From the NCBI GenBank assembly GCA_003971905.1, contig RSEE01000055.1:248001-312000 (forward strand): a stretch of DNA of 64,000 bases, given 5' to 3'. A program made the translations under genes and the position numbers. The DNA comes from Moniliella sp. 'wahieum' (Eukaryota). Below the pieces are notes generated by a model. It was not told the origin of the DNA. It was given only the letters and a program-made list of their open reading frames with translations, and did no database searches. Shown here one piece after another: positions 27,276 to 39,589 of the stretch. How positions within the stretch are numbered: the stretch's first letter is position 1; every line of letters starts with the position of its first letter.

Positions 27276-28272
27276 ATGAAGCCCACCATCCCAACATTGG
27301 TCCTTGCTCTTCTCGGGAGTGCGATGGCCGCAGTGGCCCAGCCGCGGCAGGCCCCCCCCGCCGGCTCGTTGGTGGTATCCAAGTCACCGTCAAGCGGGCA
27401 GTACGGAACGGTCCAGGCGGCTGTCAATGCGCTGTCCACCACTTCAACTCGTTCGCAGAAGATTTTCATCGACGCTGGCACGTACGACGAGCAAGTGGTC
27501 ATCCCTGCGCTCAAAGGGCCGCTGGCCATCTACGGTTCCACTTCCGACACTACCTCCTATGCGCAGAACAACGTAACCATCACCCACAACCTGTCACAGA
27601 AGAATGGCTTGAGCGATGATGAGACGGGGACGGTGCGGGTGCTGTCGCCAAACGTTGCACTGTACAATGTCGATGTGATCAATTCGTTTGGGCAAGGTTC
27701 ACAAGCCATTGCCCTGTCCGCGCAGATGGATCGTTTTGGTTGCTACGGTTGTTCGATCCAAGGTTTCCAGGACACCCTCTTGGCCCAGAACGGCCGGCAA
27801 ATTTACGCCCAAGCTACATTGCTGGAGCAACGGACTTTATCTTTGGTCAGCACGGCCAGGCGGTCATCACTCAGTCCCACATCGGCGTGCTGAACCAACC
27901 GCTGGGGTACATCACCGCCTCCGCCGCCGACCTGATGCGTCTGATCCTTCTTACTACCTCATCACCAACTCACACATCGGGCCCGCCGATGGACAATCCG
28001 TTGCGTCTGGCGCCTATTACCTCGGTCGTCCGTGGGGGCCTTATGCCCAGGTCACCGTCCAGAACACGGTGTTGGAGAACGTGATCAACAAAGCAGGGTA
28101 TTCGGCTGCAGGCAAAGATACATCCAACACCAAGTTTGCCGAATATGGCAATACTGGCGCCGGTGCGACCGGGCCTCGGGCGTCGTTTGACCACCAGCTC
28201 TCAGCTGCTGTGGATATCGGCACAGTGCTGGGGTCTGATTATCAGACCTGGGTCGATAAGTCCTACCTCTAG
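27276..28272 (+). CDS. Secreted pectin methylesterase (carbohydrate esterase family 8), frameshifted
   Basis: Signal peptide MKPTIPTLVLALLGSAMA and CE8 motifs YGTVQAAVNAL, IFIDAGTYDEQV, QAIAL, GFQDTL, GATDFIFG, YLGRPW, FAEYGNTGAGA, spread over three frames. Confidence 0.93.
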
Positions 28273-29528
28273 CCCTGCTTCATGCGAGACGATATAGATA
28301 TCTTATTTGAACTACCGTTTTCCCCAACCTCTGATGAATCCATCTGCTCTTTCATTTATCTGCAAAAATCTCCTCGATGTGTAGGGTTTTTTGGACACAA
28401 TCCCCCCCCCCCGGAAGGTATATGTTTCCGACGGTAAGCACTAGACCTCAGGGCCCAGTAACAGCATACTGTACCTGCAAGAAGGGAATGCCAATTTCGC
28501 CTATTTCTTGTTTTACCGCACCCAGAATTCACCTCTGGCCTCTTCGCCTCTAAGAAGAGAACGATGGCACACGAGGGATGATGGAAAAGGGGGGAGATAC
28601 TGATGCGCGCCTCAACTGTAATTATAGCGAGATGCCTCATCCCACGGTATTTCAATGGAAACAGCAATGGCAAGTTCAAGGAGGGATATATCGGAGGGGG
28701 GGCTGGAACAGATGAACAGGATATTTGGATACAGAGAGGAGATATACGTTTGTTGCTATACTCGTTTCCCTACTATCATATACACCGCGCTGTAGCATTG
28801 CTATGCAGCCGACGCAAGTATGCCCAACAGCACTTTCACGCGTATACCACGGTCCTCGTAGGTAATCCGCCACTCCTACCTTCCGTTTCTTTCCTAGTCA
28901 TGGATTCTCTCCTCTACCAACAAATCAGGTGCCTCATGCAGTACTTGGTGCTACTCGTCTTCCTCCGACTGTTAAATCCACACCCTCATAAGCAAACCCA
29001 GCAGCTCGGTGTGGCTGTAATATCCGCCGCTCCTTGATCTTGAATTGAAATGAGGTGGAATCCAATTTGTAAACGTTCAAAATCGAATTTCACCTCGTCT
29101 CCCCATATGTTAGGGTTTGCTCCGCAATATGTGACTGCTGCGGCATCACACAGGGGTGGTACGCCGAATTATTTTCGTGGTCTGACCAATCGCAAGTCAG
29201 ACAAACCTTCCCCTCCTCCACCGCACCCCAAGCCTCCCCGTCGACTCGTCGCCGTCTCTCTGTACGTGGCACCCCCTGTCCTCTTTCTCTCGTCTGCGCG
29301 CGTGGTTTCATGTGCGCTTTCCTGTTGTTGCTCTTGCCGCTCGGCACTCATCGGGGCTAAACGAGATGGAGTTGGGACCGACAGTCAAGACACCTGTTGG
29401 AGACTGCCAGGCGCTCCCACACCATTTTTGAGATGCTGAGCGGCATTGCAAACCCACACGAGAGAAAGATGTTTTTTTTCTTCCGTTACTAACGGATTCT
29501 CGCCCGTTTCATCCAGACTACATCCACC

Positions 29529-29757
29529 ATGCGCACGCTAACGTTTGGTTCTCTCACCCCCGCAAGCACGGCAAGGGCAGCCGCCAATGGTTCGTCCCCA
29601 CCCATCCCCCTTTCCTTCTCCTTCTTGTTGCTGACTCCGATAATGTAGCCGCGTCTGCGCCAACCAGGGTGGTATCATCCGCAAGTACGGTTTGGACATT
29701 TGCCGCCAGTGCTTCCGTGAGAAGGCGGCCGCGATTGGCTTCGCCAAGTACCGTTAA
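29529..29757 (+). CDS. RPS29: 40S ribosomal protein S29 (uS14), 2 exons (29529-29589, 29649-29757); absent from the ORF track
   Basis: M(A)[54 protein letters not shown]. 59-nt GT..GCTGAC..TAG intron; one G missing right after ATG. Confidence 0.95.
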
Positions 29758-30182
29758 GGAGTGTCAAAGGAGGACTCCTCCCCTCACTTTTGCTACGACT
29801 GCCAAAGCTCGGCCGATCGGCCTCGACTAGCGGCGTACCATGGCCATGTTTGCATGCCAATGCATCCATGATCGCTTCCATTGTGTAGCTGGGAATGTGT
29901 AGTCCCATGCGGACAAGTTGACAAGTTTGGACGTAGAGAGAGACTATCACGATAACTGCCGGCTCGTAACCACGCGTGGCTGCTGTTGTGCCGGGAAAGA
30001 AGCATCGCACTTCAATCCGAAGGATTGATAAATCACTACGCTTCTGTTCTGTGCCACTAAAACTTATCCTTCCAAAGTCATGCTACCCTTGCTCGCTGCC
30101 TTGTGTGCCCAAGCGCCGACGCTGACGTTCTTCTTCCCCCCGTCGCCACGGACCGCCAGCACTGACGTCGAGCCCAGTTCCA

Positions 30183-31730
30183 CCATGCCTCCTCCGTCAA
30201 CGGAGACGAATCGGCCGACTCGCATCGACTGGTTCCCGTCACCCTTTTCTGGTGGTCGCCAGCACTGACGCGGCTCGCAATGGGTTGCCCCACCCCCGCC
30301 AATCATCCGTGTGCCGCTGGCCCTTCGATGAGCGCCAATGCCGCCATTCCCACGGTGGCGAAACCGGCTCACCGACGGATCGTGCGCCGTCGCGGCTCCA
30401 CTTGGAGATACATTTTCTCCTCCGTTTCTGCTTGGCCTTTGTTGATGAACGCCATAGGCCAATTGAGGGTAGGCGTGCCTTTAAGGCCAAAGAATATGCT
30501 CCCCAATAGCCCGGGCCAAGCGACGGTCATACTTGGCAATCAAGAAGAGAAGGCCACTGTTCAATGGAAGGGTTAGATCAGTGGACAGGAGGAAAGGAGA
30601 GATGGAACATACCTTGACCGCAACATAAGGAGAAGCGTGCGTTGGCCTTGGAAGAGCGCCCATGTTTGCGACGAACATGTATGCGCCCCAGTACCATCTC
30701 TTTTTCCATGCCCCCGCCGTCAACCAAGACTGAATGGGCCGGCTCGCACGGACTGGGTCCGGTCATCCCTCTTCCGGCGGTCGCAAGTATTGAAGCGGCT
30801 CGTAGTGGCACCTTGCCTCGTCCCCAACAGATCGTCCGCACCGAATGGTTCGTGCCACCTCACCCCCTCTGCCATCCCCAAATGCCATCGACACTGGGTC
30901 GGTCGGGTCCTGCTGCCGTGCTCGTCCCACGGGTTCCCATCGCAAGAAACGCCGGAGGCGGGCCTCCCGCCGGGCACCCGACGCTGATGGCCAGAGTCGG
31001 GCGCTCCCTTTACAGGAACCGCTGCCGGAACAATGTCTCCCCTTGATGAATGAGCTTTTGCATGTGTGTGGGCTGCTCGTCACCATCACAAGTACCCTGA
31101 TCCTCTCCCCCTGTTTCTCGACGAGGGAGGGACAAGCTACATTTCCTCCGTTTCCGGCTGCGATCGATCTTCTTCCGGTCTGCGCGTACAGAATCAAACA
31201 CGTTTTCTCGATCAGACACACATTGCCTTGATATAGCACGTTACAATCGCAACCAGAAGGGTTTGGCCTGTGCAGTTCGACGTACCTTTTGGAAATCTGG
31301 GTTGGACAAGTGAGCATGTGGCCTGGTGGTCTTGTGGACGTTGGGGCCTTGTGGTACCACGAACGGGGGCTGGGTCCCTCGCCGGCAACTGGCCTGGGGC
31401 TTTCATCCGCCGTTGCGCCTGACCCAGGAGAATCGGCGAGGCAGATGGAGGCGGTCATGCAGGGGCCGCCAAAAAGCGTCGCATGGCTTCCCATCCGCAC
31501 CGGTCGCACATTCCATCCCCAAGTCGATCCGCGTGGTGGCGATGGTGGCGGGCAATGGCGCGAGTGTTTGGGCATGGCAGCAGAAGCGAGCCAGTCTCTC
31601 CAGCCGCGCTCTTTTGTCGGCGTACCGACGACCGCGCTGCGGGCTCGCATTGCACATTTCAATTCCGCGTTCCCCATGGGGATGCGGCCCATGTCACATG
31701 TCACATCCCCTGTCACAGCCCCTGCATGTC
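30183..31730 (-). mobile_element. Degenerate Helitron-like fragment, left diverged copy
   Basis: Direct repeat of 39811-41278 (offset about 9.6 kb). The minus strand near 30590-30710 reads, across indels, YWGAYMFV..HGRSSKANARFSLCCGQGMFHL, resembling the Cys-rich N-terminal motif of Helitron Rep/helicase. No Rep or helicase core seen. Confidence 0.6.
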
Positions 31731-31765
31731 ACAGCCCATGTCACAGCCCATGTCACAGCCCATTC
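31691..31765. repeat. 12-bp ATGTCACAGCCC minisatellite within the 1.76-kb unit (again at ~33446, 35209, 36973, 38735)
   Basis: atgtcacatgtcacatcccctgtcacagcccctgcatgtcacagcccatgtcacagcccatgtcacagccc. Confidence 0.92.
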
Positions 31766-32618
31766 ACAGTGATCGCACGTGTCACGTCGCACTCCTAGTA
31801 GTGGGTGCGTCCCCCCTCGCATCAAGAGGTCCAGTCGAGGATGATATTCAATGCCTCCTCTCCACGCAGCTTCCCCCACGGGCATTCCGATCCCTTCTCT
31901 CCAGCGTACTATCCACTTCATCTACCCAGACGCCCGTTTTCCATACCCTTGGCCTCACATCCTGCTATGCAATACTATATGTCAACCACATTGTAGTTTT
32001 AAACCAATCTCATTCTTCAACGATCAACACAACAACGAAACGATGACGAAAACAAAACGAAAACAAAGTCATTGGTCCAGGTCCCATGCGTCCACCATTT
32101 CCACCTCAGGGCAATACACCCCTCCACCATGTCCCATGCATCCTGCATCTCCACCTCTGGGCAATGCACCTCCACCACCACCGGCCCATGGCGACGCTTG
32201 CGCACGGTCACGCGAGGCTCGGCCGTGTTGACATCGAACCTGGCCCGGGGCACGCTGGCGCCAGCACCGCTCCTCAGCCGCCTTTGGCTTCTTGCGCAGG
32301 ATCGAAGGGCCTGGCTGGGCATTGCGATCGTGCCCAACTGGAAGTTGGGATGCTCGGATGGGAATGATGGGCGCCAGCCAGTAGCGGGGGGGTGTGTAGT
32401 TGATGGCAGACCCGGGCTCGTGGTCAGAGGAAGAGGCGGAAGGTGAACTGGAACTCGGTCAGAGGCGGGAGGGGCAGCATTTCGGTACTGGGTGAGCGGT
32501 TCGAGAAGGTAGGTGGTGGGAGGGAGACAAGAAGTTTTGCACCCATCCGAGGTTACTTATGCCCCCGCCCCCGCCGCCGTTGGGGCAATATGAGGCATTT
32601 TTGCCCCAACGGCGGGGA

Positions 32619-32848
32619 GCACACTGCCCTCAGGCCTCAGGCCGCGCCTCGGCTTCAGCACACTGTGCTACCTCGACTGCTCCCATGCGGCGTGACGTGT
32701 ACCTCGGAGCAGGCCGGGCAGCACACTGCCCTCAAGCCTCAGGCCGCTGCCTCGGCTTCAGCACACTGTGCTACCTCGACTGCTGCCGTGCGGTGTGACA
32801 TGTATCTCGGAGCAGGCCGGGTTGCACACTGCCCTCAGGCCCCAGGCC
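32619..32848. repeat. ~102-bp subrepeat (2.2 copies) within each 1.76-kb unit
   Basis: GCACACTGCCCTCA.GCC.CAGGCCG starts at about 32619, 32721 and 32824, and the intervening sequence is also repeated. Confidence 0.9.
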
Positions 32849-35800
32849 GAACCCGCAGGCCTTAACCCAGCCCCACGGTGGATAATGCCAGACGAAGACC
32901 TGAATTCCCACGGTGGCCAACCGGCCCAGGCCGACGGATCGTGCTCCGTCACGGCTCCACTTGGGGAGGTAGGTTTTCTCCTCCATTCTGCTTGGCCTTT
33001 GTTGATGAACGCCAGAGGTCCAACCAAAGGGTAGGCCGTGCCGTGAAGGACATGGGTACCTGGACATGGGTACCTGGCCGGAATGGAAGGGTTAGCTCGG
33101 TGGAAATACAGGAGGAGAAAAAGATGGAACATACCTTGACCGCAACATAAAGAGAATCGTCGGTTGGCCTTTGAAGAGCGCCCATGTGGCGTCCCGACGG
33201 CCACATGCTGGCGATGAGGGATGGAGATGGAATCCAAGAGCTAAGGAGAGCCAGAGCTATGGGCCTGGATGGGCTCCTGGGGTGGAGGCCAGTGGAAGCT
33301 CGTGGAAGGTCCGCAGCTCACTGCCCCGGTGCCCTGTGTGCATCGGGCCACGTCTCCAGCCGAGCTCTTTTGTCGGCGTACCGACGACCGCGCTGCGGGC
33401 CGCATTGCACATTTCAATTCCGCGTTCCCCATGGGGATGCGGCCCATGTCACATGTCACATCCCCTGTCACAGCCCCTGCATGTCACAGCCCATGTCACA
33501 GCCCATGTCACAGCCCATTCACATGTGATCGCACGTGTCACGTCGCACTCCTAGTAGTGGGTGCGTCCCCCCCCATCAAGAGGTCCAGTCGAGGATGATA
33601 TTCAATGCCTCCTCTCCACGCAGCTTCATCCCCACGGGCATTCCTAGATCCCTTCTCTCCAGCGTTACTATCCACTTCATCTACCCGACGCCCGTTTTCC
33701 ATACCCTTGGCCTCACATCCTGCTATGCAATACTATATGTCAACCACATTGTAGTTTTAAACCAATCTCATTCTTCAACGATCAACACAACAACGAAACG
33801 ATGACGAAAACAAAACGAAAACAAAGTCATTGGTCCAGGTCCCATGCGTCCACCATTTCCACCTCAGGGCAATACACCTCCTCCACCATGTCCCATGCAT
33901 CCTGCATCTCCACCTCTGGGCAATGCACCTCCACCACCACCGGCCCATGGCGACGCTTGCGCACGGTCACGCGAGGCTCGGCCGTGTTGACATCGAACCT
34001 GGCCCGGGGCACCGCTGGCGCCAGCACCCGCTCCTCAGCCGCCTTTGGCTTCTTGCGCAGGATCGAAGGGCCTGGCTGGGCATTGCGATCGTGCCCAACT
34101 TGGAAGTTGGGATGCTCGGATGGGAATGATGGGCGCCAGCCAGTAGCGGGGGGGTGTAGTTAGATGGCAGACCCGGGCTCGTGGTCAGAGGAGAGAGGCG
34201 GAAGGTGAACTGGAACTCGGTCAGAGGCGGGAGGGGCAGCATTTCGGTACTGGGTGAGCGGTTCGAGAAGGTAGGTGGTGGGAGGGAGACAAGAAGTTTT
34301 GCACCCATCCGAGGTTACTTATGCCCCCGCCCCCGCCGCCGTTGGGGCAATATGAGGCATTTTTGCCCCAACGGCGGGGAGCACACTGCCCTCAGGCCTC
34401 AGGCCGCGCCTCGGCTTCAGCACACTGTGCTACCTCGACTGCTCCCATGCGGCGTGACGTGTACCTCGGAGCAGGCCGGGCAGCACACTGCCCTCAAGCC
34501 TCAGGCCGCTGCCTCGGCTTCAGCACACTGTGCTACCTCGACTGCTGCCGTGCGGTGTGACATGTATCTCGGAGCAGGCCGGGTTGCACACTGCCCTCAG
34601 GCCCCAGGCCGAACCCGCAGGCCTTAACCCAGCCCCACGGTGGATAATGCCAGACGAAGACCTGAATTCCCACGGTGGCCAAACCGGCCCAGGCCGACGG
34701 ATCGTGCTCCGTCACGGCTCCACTTGGGGAGGTAGGTTGTCTCCTCCATTCTGCTTGGCCTTTGTTGATGAACGCCAGAGGTCCAACCAAAGGGTAGGCC
34801 GTGCCGTGAAGGACATGGGTACCTGGACATGGGTACCTGGCCGGAATGGAAGGGTTAGCTCGGTGGAAATACAGGAGGAGAAAAGAGATGGAACATACCT
34901 TGACCGCAACATAAAGAGAATCGTCGGTTGGCCTTTGAAGAGCGCCCATGTGGCGTCCCGACGGCCACATGCTGGCGATGAGGGATGGAGATGGAATCCA
35001 AGAGCTAAGGAGAGCCAGAGCTATGGGCCTGGATGGGCTCCTGGGGTGGAGGCCAGTGGAAGCTCGTGGAAGGTCCGCAGCTCACTGCCCCGGTGCCCTG
35101 TGTGCATCGGGCCACGTCTCCAGCGAGCTCTTTTGTCGGCGTACCGACGACCGCGCTGCGGGCTCGCATTGCACATTTCAATTCCGCGTTCCCCATGGGA
35201 TGCGGCCCATGTCACATGTCACATCCCCTGTCACAGCCCCTGCATGTCACAGCCCATGTCACAGCCCATGTCACAGCCCATTCACATGTGATCGCACGTG
35301 TCACGTCGCACTCCTAGTAGTGGGTGCGTCCCCCCTCGCATCAAGAGGTCCAGTCGAGGATGATATTCAATGCCTCCTCTCCACGCAGCTTCATCCCCAC
35401 GGGCATTCCTAGATCCCTTCTCTCCAGCGTTACTATCCACTTCATCTACCCAGACGCCCGTTTTCCATACCCTTGGCCTCACATCCTGCTATGCAATACT
35501 ATATGTCAACCACATTGTAGTTTTAAACCAATCTCATTCTTCAACGATCAACACAACAACGAAACGATGACGAAAACAAAACGAAAACAAAGTCATTGGT
35601 CCAGGTCCCATGCGTCCACCATTTCCACCTCAGGGCAATACACCTCCTCACCATGTCCCATGCATCCTGCATCTCCACCTCTGGGCAATGCACCTCCACC
35701 ACCACCGGCCCATGGCGACGCTTGCGCACGGTCACGCGAGGCTCGGCCGTGTTGACATCGAACCTGGCCCGGGGCACCGCTGGCGCCAGCACCCGCTCCT

Positions 35801-38800
35801 CAGCCGCCTTTGGCTTCTTGCGCAGGATCGAAGGGCCTGGCTGGGCATTGCGATCGTGCCCAACTTGGAAGTTGGGATGCTCGGATGGGAATGATGGGCG
35901 CCAGCCAGTAGCGGGGGGGTGTAGTTAGATGGCAGACCCGGGCTCGTGGTCAGAGGAGAGAGGCGGAAGGTGAACTGGAACTCGGTCAGAGGCGGGAGGG
36001 GCAGCATTTCGGTACTGGGTGAGCGGTTCGAGAAGGTAGGTGGTGGGAGGGAGACAAGAAGTTTTGCACCCATCCGAGGTTACTTATGCCCCCGCCCCCG
36101 CCGCCGTTGGGGCAATATGAGGCATTTTTGCCCCAACGGCGGGGAGCACACTGCCCTCAGGCCTCAGGCCGCGCCTCGGCTTCAGCACACTGTGCTACCT
36201 CGACTGCTCCCATGCGGCGTGACGTGTACCTCGGAGCAGGCCGGGCAGCACACTGCCCTCAAGCCTCAGGCCGCTGCCTCGGCTTCAGCACACTGTGCTA
36301 CCTCGACTGCTGCCGTGCGGTGTGACATGTATCTCGGAGCAGGCCGGGTTGCACACTGCCCTCAGGCCCCAGGCCGAACCCGCAGGCCTTAACCCAGCCC
36401 CACGGTGGATAATGCCAGACGAAGACCTGAATTCCCACGGTGGCCAAACCGGCCCAGGCCGACGGATCGTGCTCCGTCACGGCTCCACTTGGGGAGGTAG
36501 GTTGTCTCCTCCATTCTGCTTGGCCTTTGTTGATGAACGCCAGAGGTCCAACCAAAGGGTAGGCCGTGCCGTGAAGGACATGGGTACCTGGACATGGGTA
36601 CCTGGCCGGAATGGAAGGGTTAGCTCGGTGGAAATACAGGAGGAGAAAAGAGATGGAACATACCTTGACCGCAACATAAAGAGAATCGTCGGTTGGCCTT
36701 TGAAGAGCGCCCATGTGGCGTCCCGACGGCCACATGCTGGCGATGAGGGATGGAGATGGAATCCAAGAGCTAAGGAGAGCCAGAGCTATGGGCCTGGATG
36801 GGCTCCTGGGGTGGAGGCCAGTGGAAGCTCGTGGAAGGTCCGCTCACTGCCCCGGTGCCCTGTGTGCATCGGGCCACGTCTCCAGCCGAGCTCTTTTGTC
36901 GGCGTACCGACGACCGCGCTGCGGGCTCGCATTGCACATTTCAATTCCGCGTTCCCCATGGGGATGCGGCCCATGTCACATGTCACATCCCCTGTCACAG
37001 CCCCTGCATGTCACAGCCCATGTCACAGCCCATGTCACAGCCCATTCACATGTGATCGCACGTGTCACGTCGCACTCCTAGTAGTGGGTGCGTCCCCCCT
37101 CGCATCAAGAGGTCCAGTCGAGGATGATATTCAATGCCTCCTCCACGCAGCTTCATCCCCGGGCATTCCTAGATCCCTTCTCTCCAGCGTTACTATCCAC
37201 TTCATCTACCCAGACGCCCGTTTTCCATACCCTTGGCCTCACATCCTGCTATGCAATACTATATGTCAACCACATTGTAGTTTTAAACCAATCTCATTCT
37301 TCAACGATCAACACAACAACGAAACGATGACGAAAACAAACGAAAACAAAGTCATTGGTCCAGGTCCCATGCGTCCACCATTTCCACCTCAGGGCAATAC
37401 ACCTCCTCCACCATGTCCCATGCATCCTGCATCTCCACCTCTGGGCAATGCACCTCCACCACCACCGGCCCATGGCGACGCTTGCGCACGGTCACGCGAG
37501 GCTCGGCCGTGTTGACATCGAACCTGGCCCGGGGCACCGCTGGCGCCAGCACCCGCTCTCAGCCGCCTTTGGCTTCTTGCGCAGGATCGAAGGGCCTGGC
37601 TGGGCATTGCGATCGTGCCCAACTTGGAAGTTGGGATGCTCGGATGGGAATGATGGGCGCCAGCCAGTAGCGGGGGGGGTGTAGTTAGATGGCAGACCCG
37701 GGCTCGTGGTCAGAGGAGAGAGGCGGAAGGTGAACTGGAACTCGGTCAGAGGCGGGAGGGGCAGCATTTCGGTACTGGGTGAGCGGTTCGAGAAGGTAGG
37801 TGGTGGGAGGGAGACAAGAAGTTTTGCACCCATCCGAGGTTACTTATGCCCCCGCCCCCGCCGCCGTTGGGGCAATATGAGGCATTTTTGCCCCAACGGC
37901 GGGGAGCACACTGCCCTCAGGCCTCAGGCCGCCTCGGCTTCAGCACACTGTGCTACCTCGACTGCTCCCATGCGGCGTGACGTGTACCTCGGAGCAGGCC
38001 GGGCAGCACACTGCCCTCAAGCCTCAGGCCGCTGCTCTCGGCTTCAGCACACTGTGCTACCTCGACTGCTGCCGTGCGGTGTGACATGTATCTCGGAGCA
38101 GGCCGGGTTGCACACTGCCCTCAGGCCCCAGGCCGAACCCGCAGGCCTTAACCCAGCCCCACGGTGGATAATGCCAGACGAAGACCTGAATTCCCACGGT
38201 GGCCAAACCGGCCCAGGCCGACGGATCGTGCTCCGTCACGGCTCCACTTGGGGAGGTAGGTTGTCTCCTCCATTCTGCTTGGCCTTTGTTGATGAACGCC
38301 AGAGGTCCAACCAAAGGGTAGGCCGTGCCGTGAAGGACATGGGTACCTGGACATGGGTACCTGGCCGGAATGGAAGGGTTAGCTCGGTGGAAATACAGGA
38401 GGAGAAAAGAGATGGAACATACCTTGACCGCAACATAAAGAGAATCGTCGGTTGGCCTTTGAAGAGCGCCCATGTGGCGTCCCGACGGCCACATGCTGGC
38501 GATGAGGGATGGAGATGGAATCCAAGAGCTAAGGAGAGCCAGAGCTATGGGCCTGGATGGGCTCCTGGGGTGGAGGCCAGTGGAAGCTCGTGGAAGGTCC
38601 GCAGCTCACTGCCCCGGTGCCCTGTGTGCATCGGGCCACGTCTCCAGCCGAGCTCTTTTGTCGGCGTACCGACGACCGCGCTGCGGGCTCGCATTGCACA
38701 TTTCAACTCCGCGTTCCCATGGGGATGCGGCCCATGTCACATGTCACATCCCCTGTCACATCCCCTGTCACAGCTATGTCACAGTCCATGTCACAGCCCA

Positions 38801-39080
38801 TTCACATGTGATCGCACGTGTCACGTCGCACTCCTAGTAGTGGGTGCGTCCCCCCTCGCATCAAGAGGTCCAGTCGAGGATGATATTCAATGCCTCCTCT
38901 CCACGCAGCTTCATCCCCCGGGCATTCCTAGATCCCTTCTCTCCAGCGTTACTATCCACTTCATCTACCCAGACGCCCGTTTTCCATACCCTTGGCCTCA
39001 CTCTGCTATGCAATACTATATGTCAACCACATTGTATTTTAAACCAATCTCATTCTTCAACGATCAACACCTTGCGGGCG

Positions 39081-39251
39081 AGTGGCCAGACGCCGGGGAG
39101 AATTCATCCTGGGCCCATGTGACACCATCCATCACCGGTCACATCATCCGTCACAGGCCCAGCAGACAGACAGTGGCGAGACGCCGGGGAGAATTCATCC
39201 TGGGCCCCATGTGACACCATCCATCATCGGTCACATCATCCGTCACAGGCC
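39081..39251. repeat. 91-bp tandem duplication at the right junction of the array
   Basis: AGTGGC.AGACGCCGGGGAGAATTCATCCTGGG..CCATGTGACACCATCCATCA.CGGTCACATCATCCGTCACAGGCC at 39081 and 39172. Confidence 0.92.
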
Positions 39252-39589
39252 ACTCCGCATCCCAGCAGCCAGGCGTGTGCGATAAAGGGCGCAAAAACAC
39301 TTTCATCTTGTCCATCCTCATTGGAAGTGGCTCAGATGCATCCTCTCGTCCTGTGCCAGCTGGGACGCCCACCGCTGCCCAACCCCGCACCGCTCGTGCG
39401 CGCCTGGGCGGTGCCATTGGCGCCGTCGTCGTCCGCAATAAGCTGTACGCAGCTGCAACCGACTGGCTCGACACCACCCCGGCCGCCTGGCTCCTCCAGT
39501 TCTTGCCGAATCCGACCCGCAACCCTCCTCTTTTGACCTCAGGCCTTCCGCTGCCGCAGCCGACGAAACGTAGACCGTGCCGCCAAGGA

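Larger units (their letters stand above)
31597..39070. repeat. Tandem array of an ~1.76-kb unit, about 4.2 near-identical copies
   Basis: Marker ATACCTTGACCGCAACATAA at 33131, 34895, 36660 and 38419. Marker GTCGGCGTACCGACGACCGCG recurs five times at ~1.76-kb spacing. The same peptides recur in the ORF track. Copies differ mostly by 1-3 nt indels. Confidence 0.97.

Noticed and set aside
31775..31799. Helitron 3' end (ACGTG-T-CACGT palindrome then CTAG|T) in each unit
   Set aside because: The stem is short and lies on the strand opposite the Helitron-like coding motif, and no matching 5' TC end could be defined. Too weak to call.
32619..32848. CRISPR-like appearance of recurring GCACACTG.. words
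   Set aside because: The intervening sequences are themselves repeated rather than unique spacers, there are no cas genes, and the context is eukaryotic.
31597..39070. rDNA or 5S array as the identity of the tandem repeat
   Set aside because: I recognised no conserved rRNA or 5S sequence in the unit.
31597..39214. Long ORFs inside the array (e.g. 36295-37515, 37706-39214)
   Set aside because: Their lengths and frames change from unit to unit with indels, and the peptides have no recognisable domain. They are best explained as chance open frames in GC-rich repeat DNA.
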